A stretch of 43,783 nt of DNA from Candidatus Woesearchaeota archaeon (GCA_964518625.1 CAZFHC010000004.1:1-43783), one strand, 5' to 3'. Counted from the stretch's first letter, positions 17,950 to 27,097 are shown. The notes: a model not told the origin generated them from the sequence alone. Made by a program: numbers and translations.

Positions 17950-18639
17950 ATGTTGAATAGATTGTTGCTTATTTTTATTTTTTCTATTTGTTTTTGTAGT
18001 GCTATTGAGTTATCTTCTATTTCTTGTCCTGAGATTGTTTCTTTTGAGAAAGATTTTATTTGTGAATTGGATTTTGATAATGTTGAGGGGGCATATGATG
18101 TTAAAATACAAATTTTAGGTGATGGACAAACAATAAATAAGATTTGGGCAAATTCTTGGCAGAGAGCTGATTGGTATGTTACAAGATTTGTTGACAGAAG
18201 CGATATTTATAATGCAAAATTGATTATTAGTAAAGATTTTGATGGTATTGCTAATGGATTAGTTCGAGTTAGAGAAAGTGGAACAAAAGAGTATATTGTT
18301 GAGGAATCTTTTGAGATTGAAGTTGGAGAACAAAAAGAAATTGAGGAAGACTTAGAGGATGAAAAAGATGAGGAGAGTGTTAAGAGAATTGGCGTAGTTA
18401 GTTATAAGAATGAGTCTGTTGTTGAGAAAAATGTTGAGAAAACTGTTTTTGAAGTTATTAAAATTAATAGTAATAGTGTAATTGAAACTTCCAAAAAAGT
18501 TATAAAGCTTAATGCAGATGAAGATTTAGAAGAAGTTATTTATGAATCAATAAATGAAAAAGTAAAACGGATTGCGTTTTTTCTTTTTATTCCTTTTTTG
18601 ATTTTGGCTATACTCCTTTTGATATTCAAAAAATGGTAA
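17950..18639 (+). CDS. Secreted protein with C-terminal membrane anchor
   Basis: Signal peptide, beta-rich domain, acidic linker, C-terminal TM + KKW. Confidence 0.7.
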   Translation: MLNRLLLIFIFSICFCSAIELSSISCPEIVSFEKDFICELDFDNVEGAYDVKIQILGDGQTINKIWANSWQRADWYVTRFVDRSDIYNAKLIISKDFDGIANGLVRVRESGTKEYIVEESFEIEVGEQKEIEEDLEDEKDEESVKRIGVVSYKNESVVEKNVEKTVFEVIKINSNSVIETSKKVIKLNADEDLEEVIYESINEKVKRIAFFLFIPFLILAILLLIFKKW

Positions 18640-19109
18640 CTGCAATAATGATTGTTGAGATGATGGGAAGACCAGGACCCCATATCCAAGACAAACTTAA
18701 AGAACATATTGGTAAATTAGATTCTATTAAAGGTACTAAGATTATTAAAAAAATGTTTAGTGATTTGAAAGACATTAAGGATCAGAATATGTTTTCTTGT
18801 TTTTCTGAGGTTGAATTTGAATGTGATAGTTTTAAAACTTTAGCTGAAATTACAATTGGATTTATGCCTGCTTCTATTGAGGTTGTTGATCCTTCTCAAG
18901 TAAAGATTAATTGTAAGGAATCTACTGAAGTTTTGAGTGCATTGGTTGATAGATTACATCAATATGATAATGTTGCAAAACAAGCACAAGGAAGAATTTA
19001 TCAGTTACAAAGAGAGATGACTGCAGCTACTAAAATGTTGGAAATTCATGGTTTGATAAAAGATGGTAAGTTAACTGAAAAAGCTATAAAAAAAATAAAG
19101 AAAAAATAA
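18633..19109 (+). CDS. Conserved hypothetical archaeal protein
   Basis: 158-aa ORF overlapping upstream gene; EMMGRP, FSEVEF, FMPASIEV. Confidence 0.7.
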   Translation: MVTAIMIVEMMGRPGPHIQDKLKEHIGKLDSIKGTKIIKKMFSDLKDIKDQNMFSCFSEVEFECDSFKTLAEITIGFMPASIEVVDPSQVKINCKESTEVLSALVDRLHQYDNVAKQAQGRIYQLQREMTAATKMLEIHGLIKDGKLTEKAIKKIKKK

Positions 19110-20363
19110 TTATTTTTTTATTCCTACTTTCTTATATTTTTGAAATACTACATAACCAATTAATCCTATTATAATAAAAATTACTATTCCCCATACCCAT
19201 GTATTTTCTGATTGATTCTTTTTATTATTTGGATTATATTCAAGATCTTCTTTACATTCTACTCCAGCAGCACAACATAATGTAACTTCTTCATCTATTG
19301 TATCATACCATTCCCCTAAACAAGTCCCAACACATAATTCCCCTCCTAATTCTGTACATGTTTTACTTTGAATGTGTGCAGAATTGGCTTCTGGATCTGT
19401 TAAAATCGCTTTATCCAATACTTTTACCATTAGTGGAATAATTAGTTCTTTTTCATCTTCATTTTCTGTATAATATATTGTTACATTTCCTTTTGAAAAA
19501 CTCAGTGTATTATATTCTGAATTAATTGTTAAATTAATTATAGCTTTTGCTGCTGATATTGATGGAATATCTAAAAAAATGAAAGGTATTGTTGAGTTTA
19601 CTCGTATGTTTGTTAATTCATTTTGATTTAGATTTAATAATTCAAAAGTATTATAATATGGAGTGTTGGTATACATGTCTACTACCACTTTTTCATGTCT
19701 AGATGTTAAGTCCCCAACCTTTTCTACCTTAGATACTGTTTCTTCTTCTAATGTTTCTCCTTCTGGAACTACAATATCTGAAGAATATATCATTGGAATC
19801 TTGAAAGTTTTATATGTTGATATTTGAATCATTTCGAAATTTAATAAAGGTTCTAAGTGTAATGTCCTTGTACTTCCTGCATCTATTGAGAGTGTAACTT
19901 CTCTGTATTTAACTGTTAGTTCTTTGTCCCCTTTATTTGTCAATTCCACTTCTGGTTTTGAGGCTGTAGATATTACTCCTGGTTTTATTTGTAATAAGTT
20001 TCCTTTGTTTTCAACTATTGTTATATTTTTATCAAGAGTTGTTGAAAGGAAATCTCCACCTACTTCATAACCTATTTCATCTGAAACTAGAGTGTAATCT
20101 CCTGCATTTTTGAATATTGCATATAAGTAAAATACATTTCTATAATAATATATATTATGTTCTAATAAAACTTCTTTTCTTCCTTCATAAAAATGTATAC
20201 TGTCTTTGGTTAATGAATCTTTGAATTCACCATCTGTTGTAATTTCAAATACGACTGTTTCATCTATTGTTGGATTTGGTGTTAAGATCTCTACATTTGG
20301 TGCTGCATTAACAAATACTAATAGGAATAGTGTTAAAAAAAATAGAGAATATTTTTTACTCAT
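19110..20363 (-). CDS. Surface protein: signal peptide, beta domains, Cys-rich module, C-terminal TM
   Basis: CTELGGELCVGTC...CCAAGVEC; TM WVWGIVIFIIIGLIGYVVF + KYKK. Confidence 0.8.
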   Translation of the reverse strand: MSKKYSLFFLTLFLLVFVNAAPNVEILTPNPTIDETVVFEITTDGEFKDSLTKDSIHFYEGRKEVLLEHNIYYYRNVFYLYAIFKNAGDYTLVSDEIGYEVGGDFLSTTLDKNITIVENKGNLLQIKPGVISTASKPEVELTNKGDKELTVKYREVTLSIDAGSTRTLHLEPLLNFEMIQISTYKTFKIPMIYSSDIVVPEGETLEEETVSKVEKVGDLTSRHEKVVVDMYTNTPYYNTFELLNLNQNELTNIRVNSTIPFIFLDIPSISAAKAIINLTINSEYNTLSFSKGNVTIYYTENEDEKELIIPLMVKVLDKAILTDPEANSAHIQSKTCTELGGELCVGTCLGEWYDTIDEEVTLCCAAGVECKEDLEYNPNNKKNQSENTWVWGIVIFIIIGLIGYVVFQKYKKVGIKK

Positions 20364-22132
20364 TGTGGTCTCTGTTGTTGGGACATTGGCATTCTTTGTG
20401 GTGGCATTCTTCTTGGTGGAGCACGATATCTACCTGGAGGCATTGGTGGTCTTCCGCCATATCCTGGTGGGACACTCCCATTAGATGGATTATTTGATAC
20501 TGGACCTTTTCCCATTTTTGATTTAGATTTAAATAATAATAATTTTATTTGTTCTCTATACACATAAACAATTATTCCTAATGCTACGACAATTGCTATG
20601 ATTAGAACCCAAATCCACCATGGAACAGAGTCTTCCTCTGGATCTGAACTAGGGAATCTTTTACAACAAACACTATTCCCATCACAAGCATAACTAACTT
20701 CTTCATAATATTTACTATCACAACTTGTTAAACATTTAAATCCTGCTGTAACGCATTCCTCTTCTGGGTCATCTGAATCTACTTCTGGATTATTACAACT
20801 GCCTAAACAACAAGAATCTGTATCTTCAGTTTTTTTAACTGTTGTTGAACAAACTTTTCCTTCTTCACATATTTGTCCACCAGATTCTTTACAAGTAACA
20901 GGTCTTTTATTACAACAAATATTAGCCGTTCCTTCACAAAAATATTTATCGCCTAAATCATCGTCAACACTACATTCAAGACTTGGTACACAGATAAAAC
21001 CGGCATCTTCACACTTAGCTGTTGTTGGTTCATTTAATCCTTGCCTTTGTTCTGTTGCCCATAAAATCATTGCTGTATCTTTAACACTATTTACCCAACA
21101 TCCGTTATCTCCTTGATTAAACCAAATTGCATTTTCTGCATTTCGTGTTTGTTCTTGATTTATTCCTAAAACCAATAATACTAATGATGTATCATAATAT
21201 TTGTCATATGCTTTTTTATGCCAAAACCCAATTTCTGTATTTGTATCTGGTTCAAGTATATTTATTGAATTTAAAGGATTAAGCAAATATAAAAAAACAT
21301 ATGGTGAAAATCCTTTATTATCTTCTGCCATTGCAGTTATATATGGTAAAAATGCAGAAGTATCCTTATTGAGTTCTGATAAAACATAAGCTCCCCATAT
21401 TGTATCTTCAAATGAACATTCTTTACTACTTCCTGAAGTGAAACATTTTGAATTTACTTTTAATTTAACAAATTCATTTGCACCTCCTTCTTGTGTGTTA
21501 TCTGATACGAAAACTACTTCTGGATTCTTTTTATTAAAATATAATAAATTTGCTATGAACCCTTTATCACATCCTATCTCAAATTCTTTTTCATAACATT
21601 TAGGAATTACTTCCAACCAAAACTTTGAAGATGTTGGACTAAAACATTCTCCTAATGATACAGATTCTATTTTTTTTGTTTCTTTTACTTCAAAAAAAGA
21701 AGTAGTTGAATTATATTTTAAACTACACTTAGATGCTTCTTCTGAATCTTGTTGTAAATACCATATTATATCATTTGAATTTATTACTTGATCTTCTAAC
21801 CATTCTACTAATTCATCATAATCTTTTCCTGCATGTTTAAGAGCCAATACTCCTAATGCTGTATCTCGTACTGAGCCTAAGTTATCATTTTTTATTTTTG
21901 TTTGTAATTTTTTTACACATCCATTATAAACATTATCTGGCTTTGCTAAAATTGTTAGTGCTATTTCTCTTACATTCTCAATTTCTTTACAATCCGGTCC
22001 AACTTTTTCTTCTAGACAAGCAAATGCTCTCTCTACATTACTTGTCTCGTTTATTATTGTGTCGTCTGCTAATGTAAAAGATACACTAAAAATTAGTAGA
22101 GTAATCAACGCTAAAGACCAGATTCTTTTCAT
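20360..22132 (-). CDS. Large surface protein: helical-toroid-like repeats, three Cys-rich modules, TM, Pro-rich tail
   Basis: Signal peptide; repeated 'DT..ALLAL'-type helices (RDTALGVLAL, EDTIWGAYVL, YDTSLVLLVL, KDTAMILWA); Cys modules; TM; PPGYGGRPPMPP tail. Confidence 0.82.
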   Translation of the reverse strand: MKRIWSLALITLLIFSVSFTLADDTIINETSNVERAFACLEEKVGPDCKEIENVREIALTILAKPDNVYNGCVKKLQTKIKNDNLGSVRDTALGVLALKHAGKDYDELVEWLEDQVINSNDIIWYLQQDSEEASKCSLKYNSTTSFFEVKETKKIESVSLGECFSPTSSKFWLEVIPKCYEKEFEIGCDKGFIANLLYFNKKNPEVVFVSDNTQEGGANEFVKLKVNSKCFTSGSSKECSFEDTIWGAYVLSELNKDTSAFLPYITAMAEDNKGFSPYVFLYLLNPLNSINILEPDTNTEIGFWHKKAYDKYYDTSLVLLVLGINQEQTRNAENAIWFNQGDNGCWVNSVKDTAMILWATEQRQGLNEPTTAKCEDAGFICVPSLECSVDDDLGDKYFCEGTANICCNKRPVTCKESGGQICEEGKVCSTTVKKTEDTDSCCLGSCNNPEVDSDDPEEECVTAGFKCLTSCDSKYYEEVSYACDGNSVCCKRFPSSDPEEDSVPWWIWVLIIAIVVALGIIVYVYREQIKLLLFKSKSKMGKGPVSNNPSNGSVPPGYGGRPPMPPGRYRAPPRRMPPQRMPMSQQQRPQ

Positions 22133-22251
22133 ACTAAATATAGTTATTAATTATTTATAAAGATTTGGAGTTTTTGACGAGATATTGTGATTATTATTAA
22201 CAGAATATTGAATACCTAAATCTCTAAAAACTTCATCTTCTTATTTTTTTG

Positions 22252-23775
22252 ATGGAGAAAAAAGAGTTAAAAAAGGTTCAGGCGATCGCTAAATCTTATT
22301 ACGTAAGGAAGGATATTCAAAAAGCAATTTTTGAGTTTTGTAAAAATCGTGAAACAGTTGCTAATTTTAATAATGAATATTTTGCGAAGAGACCTGATTC
22401 TTTAGATTATCCTAATGATGTTGGTAATTTAGCGAAGAGTGGTGCAACTTCTTTCCATTGTTCTGAGGAAATTTGGTCAAATCCATTGGATATAAATACA
22501 AACATGACACCGGCTGAATACAATGAAATTAAAATTGGTTGGGATTTTTTGATTGATATTGATTCTAAATATTTTGATTATTCTAAGTTGGCTGCTCGAT
22601 TATTAATTAAGGCACTTGAACATCATGGTGTTAATAATGTTGGAATAAAATATTCTGGGAATAAGGGTTTCCATATTTTGATTCCTTTCAAAGCTTTTCC
22701 TAAAAAGATTGGTGAACATAATACTAAAGATATGTTTCCTGAATGGCCTCGATTAGTTGCTGCTTATCTAACGGAACTTACTCATGATCAATTAACTGAT
22801 GAAATTTTGGAATTGTCTACTGAGGCTGAAATTGAGGAAAAAGGTAAAAGTATTTTTGAAATTAAATGTAAACAGTGTGGGAATAAAGCTATTGTTAAGA
22901 AAATTGGAAAATATGTCTGTCCTAATTTAAAATGTCGTTCTGTTGTAAACTCTATGAAGTCTAATCGAAAACAGATGATTTGCCCTTCTTGTAATGGTAA
23001 AATGAATCGTGTTGAGAGTGAAGAAGTTTACTTTTGTGATAGTTGTAAAATTAATTCTAAAAAAAATCCTAATAGTTTTGAAAGAAAAGCTAGTGCGAAA
23101 GAATTGATTGATGTTGTTGATATTATTTTGGTGGCTTCGAGACATTTATTTAGAGCACCGTATTCTTTGCACGAGAAGACTTCTTTGGCTTCTATTGTGA
23201 TTGATAAAAAAGATTTGAGCATATTTAAGCCGTCTGATGCAGATCCTTTAAAAATTAAAGACACTAAATCTTTTATGCCAGATTGTGTTGAGGGTGAGGC
23301 TAAATATTTATTATCGCAAGCTTTAGATAAAGTTCAAAGAAAGGTTGAAGAGGTTAAGACTAAAAAATATGATAAAACAAACTCAATTGATGTCAAAGGT
23401 CTTGAAATTACTGAGGACATGTTCCCTCCGGTGATTAAAACTATTTTGAAGGGATTAAAACAAGATGGTAGGAAAAGAGCATTATATTTGTTGTTGTCGT
23501 TTTATAATGCGCTTGAGTTCCCTCAGGAATATATTAAAGAAAAAACTCTTGAGTGGAATACTAAGAATTATGTTCCTTTAAAAAATGGATATTTGCAATC
23601 CCAGATTCTTTGGTTTGAAAAACGTAAACCATTACCTCCTAATTATGATAAGCCAATTTACAAGGAATTTGGTATAACATCTCCTCCTGAGCCTGGAATT
23701 AAGAATCCTATAAATTATACTATTAAGAAAGCTTTACAGAAGAAAGGGAAGAAAAGTAGAAAATCTAAAAAATAA
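22252..23775 (+). CDS. DNA primase, fused PriS-PriL (DPANN type) with double Zn-ribbon insert
   Basis: SFHCSEE, GWDFLIDIDSK, KYSGNKGFH, RHLFRAPYSLHEKT; PriL-like C-terminus FPP...DGRKR...PPN...IKNP. Confidence 0.93.
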   Translation: MEKKELKKVQAIAKSYYVRKDIQKAIFEFCKNRETVANFNNEYFAKRPDSLDYPNDVGNLAKSGATSFHCSEEIWSNPLDINTNMTPAEYNEIKIGWDFLIDIDSKYFDYSKLAARLLIKALEHHGVNNVGIKYSGNKGFHILIPFKAFPKKIGEHNTKDMFPEWPRLVAAYLTELTHDQLTDEILELSTEAEIEEKGKSIFEIKCKQCGNKAIVKKIGKYVCPNLKCRSVVNSMKSNRKQMICPSCNGKMNRVESEEVYFCDSCKINSKKNPNSFERKASAKELIDVVDIILVASRHLFRAPYSLHEKTSLASIVIDKKDLSIFKPSDADPLKIKDTKSFMPDCVEGEAKYLLSQALDKVQRKVEEVKTKKYDKTNSIDVKGLEITEDMFPPVIKTILKGLKQDGRKRALYLLLSFYNALEFPQEYIKEKTLEWNTKNYVPLKNGYLQSQILWFEKRKPLPPNYDKPIYKEFGITSPPEPGIKNPINYTIKKALQKKGKKSRKSKK

Positions 23776-23976
23776 TTATTTTCTTGGAACTACTATCCAA
23801 AATATTAAATAAGCTAGAATTCCGCCGCCAAATGCTAAAGCAAATGCAACCCATAATAATCTTATTAATGTTGGATCAACTTCGAAATAATCTGCAACAC
23901 CTGCACAAACACCTGCAATTATAGAATCTTTTTCACTTGCACGATAAAGTTTTTTTACTTTTTGCGCTTTTGCCAT
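23776..23976 (-). CDS. PspC domain protein
   Basis: [33 protein letters not shown]...YLIFWIVVP; ATG 23976 directly follows rpl15e stop. Confidence 0.92.
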   Translation of the reverse strand: MAKAQKVKKLYRASEKDSIIAGVCAGVADYFEVDPTLIRLLWVAFALAFGGGILAYLIFWIVVPRK

Positions 23977-23977
23977 T

Positions 23978-24547
23978 TTAATTTCCTTTTCTATCATTAG
24001 CTCTTAATGATGGATATGCTTTTGGAACTTTATCATGAGAATATCTATGACCTCTTGCTTTTTTACCAGCTGAAGTTAAACCTTTGAATGCTCTTCCTCT
24101 ATTTGCCGGCTTTGTTACCCAACTTAATTGTTTATCAGATTTGATTTCTGGAGCTACTCTATCTACTAAGATAACTTCGTGGAAATAGTGCATTCCGTCC
24201 TTTCCAATTTGATAAGAATTCAATACTTCCATATTCTTGTATTTTCTTGCTACTCTTTGTTCTGCTATTTCTCTATAATTCATACGTAAATTCTTTCTAA
24301 TATGTAATCTTTTTGTTTTTCTTCCTTTGTTTGGTCTAGTCCTTTTATGACCACCACGTTTAACTCTAACTCTAACAACTACGATACCTTTCTTTGCTTT
24401 ATATCCTAATGCACGAGCTCTATCTAATCTTAATGGTTTTTCAACTCTTACAATAGATTCGCCTTTTCGCCACTCAATCATTCTTTGTCTAAGAACTTTT
24501 ATATCTGGCTTTTTCCAAGCTTCTCTTAAGTATTTGCTAACTCCCAT
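23978..24547 (-). CDS. rpl15e: 50S ribosomal protein L15e
   Basis: [34 protein letters not shown]. Confidence 0.98.
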   Translation of the reverse strand: MGVSKYLREAWKKPDIKVLRQRMIEWRKGESIVRVEKPLRLDRARALGYKAKKGIVVVRVRVKRGGHKRTRPNKGRKTKRLHIRKNLRMNYREIAEQRVARKYKNMEVLNSYQIGKDGMHYFHEVILVDRVAPEIKSDKQLSWVTKPANRGRAFKGLTSAGKKARGHRYSHDKVPKAYPSLRANDRKGN

Positions 24548-24633
24548 GGAAGTTTATTGAAAAATCAGTTTAAAAAGCTTATTGTTGGGTGGAAAATAAA
24601 TTTTTGATAAAGATATTATTTACTTGAGAATAA

Positions 24634-24755
24634 AATGAGCCCGCTAAAGTCGCATGAAATTGTAAACAAATTTCGACTTGCTCCAAGCTATATAAATTAA
24701 AGATTTCTTTGCGTTAGGGAATTGAACCAAGGTTCAAATCAAGAATGAGCCCGCT
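24634..24755. repeat. 12-bp direct repeat of tRNA-Ile 3' end bounding a ~110-bp hairpin-rich element
   Basis: AATGAGCCCGCT at 24634-24645 and 24744-24755; internal inverted repeats at 24647-24679 and 24722-24737. Confidence 0.8.
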
Positions 24756-24819
24756 GGGATTTGAACCCAGGACCCCCGCCTTATCAGAGCGATGCGCTAC
24801 CTGACTGCGCCACGGGCTC
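24746..24819 (-). tRNA. tRNA-Ile(GAT)
   Basis: GAGCCCG/CGGGCTC, A73; D stem GCGC/GCGC; TCGCT-CTGATAA-GGCGG; CTGGG-TTCAAAT-CCCAG. Confidence 0.96.
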
Positions 24820-24987
24820 GCTAGTATAATTAAAATGGGTTTTGTTGCTTTATAAGTTTTTTTAATGTTTGATAGTTACTTGATTTCTCTCTTTTTTCAA
24901 AAAATATTGTTTTTGTTATCCTTTTGTCGGTTTAAGAGTTTTAACTTTGTTTTTGGTTGGTTTTATAATGGTGAAAGGAGGTGATTT

Positions 24988-25458
24988 ATGAAAGCAAATA
25001 TATTATATGGTATTTGTACTATTGTTCTTTTGTTCGGTATGAGTAATGTTTTGGCGTTGGATAATGTTAGTAATTCTATGACTGTTCGTGTCAATGTTAT
25101 TGAATCTAGTATTGGGATTTCTGTTCCTGATTTAATAGAATTTGGTGATGTTGCATCTGGTTATATTACTGAAAGACAAGATTTGGATATTAATAATAGT
25201 GGAACTGTTGATATTAATGTTGTACCTGAATTAGCAGCTGATTCAGCTGATCTTTTTCAACATATTTCTTTTAGAAGTGTTTTGGCTGATCCATTGTATG
25301 AGATTGGAAATTTTTCTATTGAAATTTTAAAAGCTAATTCTGTTGGGGATATTCGTACTGAAAGAATCTATATGTATCTTGATTTAACAAATGTTCTTGA
25401 TGTTGAGAGCGGAGAAAATATTGAATCTGATATTGTATTTTGGGCATTACCTTTGTAA
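24988..25458 (+). CDS. Secreted hypothetical protein (Ig-like beta sandwich)
   Basis: Signal peptide; GGAGGTGA SD-like motif before ATG; IEFGDV...INNSGTVDINV. Confidence 0.7.
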   Translation: MKANILYGICTIVLLFGMSNVLALDNVSNSMTVRVNVIESSIGISVPDLIEFGDVASGYITERQDLDINNSGTVDINVVPELAADSADLFQHISFRSVLADPLYEIGNFSIEILKANSVGDIRTERIYMYLDLTNVLDVESGENIESDIVFWALPL

Positions 25459-25459
25459 G

Positions 25460-26011
25460 ATGAAGCTAATTTATTTTTTTTATTTTTGTTTTCTTTTTAT
25501 TAGTTGTGTTTCTGGATTGGAATTTAGAGCTAGTCCTGAGGAAATTATTTTTGACTGTTTCGTTAATGAAGTTGTTTGTAAAAATATTAGTTTTTATGCT
25601 TCTGAAAATGTTGATGTAAAAGTTGAAGATAGATGGGCTAGTATAGATTTTATGGAAAGGAATTTGGTTAAGCATTCTTTGAGTGTAGAGGATTTAGATA
25701 TTGAGATTGATTATTTGAACGAATTTAATATTGATAAAAAGAATATAATTGAGGTTTGTGTTGTTGGAGAAAATGTCGGATTGTATCATGGGGTTATGTT
25801 AGCTAGAGTTAATGAAAGTCAGACTGGGATTGGTATTTGGTTAAAAATAAATATTAGTAAAAATTCTGATTTGATTAATTTGATTAGTTCTAATGTTGTT
25901 AAGAAGATTAACAGTAATAATTTTGTTAATAAACATCTTTCTTCTCTCGTTGGTTTTCTTGTTTTGATTTTAGTAATTCAATTTTTTATACTTTTAAAAA
26001 GGAAATTATAA
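25460..26011 (+). CDS. Secreted protein with C-terminal TM anchor
   Basis: Start moved to ATG 25460 just after upstream stop; signal peptide MKLIYFFYFCFLFISCVSG; C-terminal TM + KRK. Confidence 0.7.
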   Translation: MKLIYFFYFCFLFISCVSGLEFRASPEEIIFDCFVNEVVCKNISFYASENVDVKVEDRWASIDFMERNLVKHSLSVEDLDIEIDYLNEFNIDKKNIIEVCVVGENVGLYHGVMLARVNESQTGIGIWLKINISKNSDLINLISSNVVKKINSNNFVNKHLSSLVGFLVLILVIQFFILLKRKL

Positions 26012-26329
26012 ATTTTTGTTTAACCAGTTTTTGATTGTCTCTTCTGGTTGTGCACCATTGAATTCGTCAACGATTTTCCCATTTTTGAATAATTTTACTG
26101 AAGGAATACTCATAACTCCATAATCTGTTGCATATTTTTTATTTTCATCTACGTTTACTTTTGCTAGAATCATTTTCCCTTCAAATTTTGTTGAAATTTT
26201 CTCTAACACTGGTTTTAACATAAGACATGGTCCACACCATGGTGCCCAGAAATCTACTAATACTGGTAAATCGTTTGATTGTTTTAATACATCATTTTCA
26301 AAAGAATTATCCGTTGTATCTATTGCCAT
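26006..26329 (-). CDS. trxA: Thioredoxin
   Basis: VLVDFWAPWCGPC, GVMSIPS. Confidence 0.97.
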   Translation of the reverse strand: MAIDTTDNSFENDVLKQSNDLPVLVDFWAPWCGPCLMLKPVLEKISTKFEGKMILAKVNVDENKKYATDYGVMSIPSVKLFKNGKIVDEFNGAQPEETIKNWLNKNL

Positions 26330-26418
26330 AAATTAATTAAACATTCTTTGTTTATAAATTTTTTTAAAATACTTTTTGAAATCGTCAACTTTTTAACTTC
26401 ATACTACCTTTTTATTGT

Positions 26419-26784
26419 ATGAGTAAAACTGATTTAATTCAATCTTATAAGTTTGCATTAAAAGGGATAGCTGTTGGTTTTCATAAAGAGCAAAATATCA
26501 AAATACTACTTGTATTTGGATCTATTGCTACTTTCCTTTGTATTATTTTAAATGTATCTCTAATAAAAACATTAATTGTTTTTATTTTATCTACATTAGT
26601 TATAATCTTAGAATTAATTAACACTGCGATAGAAAAATTATGTGATAGAATAACTTCTAAAAATGATTCTGAAATAGCAAAAATAAAAGATATTTGTGCA
26701 GGTATAGTCTTAATTAGTGCTCTATTGGATTTAATTGTTGGATTAATTATAATATCAGAACCTCTCATTGAATTAATCTTATAA
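26419..26784 (+). CDS. dgkA: Prokaryotic diacylglycerol/undecaprenol kinase
   Basis: SYKFALKG...KEQN, LELINTAIEKLCD, AKIKDICAG; three TM helices. Confidence 0.9.
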   Translation: MSKTDLIQSYKFALKGIAVGFHKEQNIKILLVFGSIATFLCIILNVSLIKTLIVFILSTLVIILELINTAIEKLCDRITSKNDSEIAKIKDICAGIVLISALLDLIVGLIIISEPLIELIL

Positions 26785-26818
26785 TAATTAAAATTCTAAT
26801 CTTTTATTACAACAAAAG

Positions 26819-26914
26819 TTAAAATTTATTTTTTATGGATAAATATATTGAAATTTTATTTGATTGTTTTAATACTTCTTTTTTAAAATTTTCATCTGTT
26901 ACATCAATTGCCAT
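26819..26914 (-). pseudogene. Truncated thioredoxin paralogue (N-terminal remnant, 31 codons)
   Basis: MAIDVTDENFKKEVLKQSNK vs TrxA MAIDTTDNSFENDVLKQSND; shares GTATTAAAACAATCAAA with trxA; stops before WCGPC. Confidence 0.8.
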
Positions 26915-26948
26915 TCTTTGACTAAATATTTATTCTTTATAATTTTTT

Positions 26949-27076
26949 AAAAAAAAAGAAGAGAAGAAGACCGAAATCTTCTAAACTTCATTTGAACAAA
27001 ATAACCGAAGTTATTAAATCCAGATGAACAAACAATCGAAACCGAATGCTCAACATGTTAAACCGAAATTTAACAT
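26949..27076 (-). ncRNA. Candidate structured ncRNA, four hairpins carrying UUCGGU, ending in a U9 tract
   Basis: Hairpins ATGTTAAAT-TTCG-GTTTAACAT, GTTGAGC-ATTCG-GTTTCGAT (weak), AATAAC-TTCG-GTTATT, AGAAGAT-TTCG-GTCTTCT; own TATA 21 nt upstream. Confidence 0.6.
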
Positions 27077-27097
27077 ATTATACTTAGGACTCTTTAA

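Noticed and set aside
26965-27076. ACCGAA repeats as a CRISPR array or origin iterons
   Set aside because: Only 6-nt cores with irregular spacing (34, 37, 21 bp), no cas or orc1/cdc6 nearby, and flanks are hairpin-complementary.
27050-27076. 8-codon leaderless peptide MLNFGLTC
   Set aside because: Too short and buried in a stable hairpin; kept only as an alternative to the ncRNA reading.
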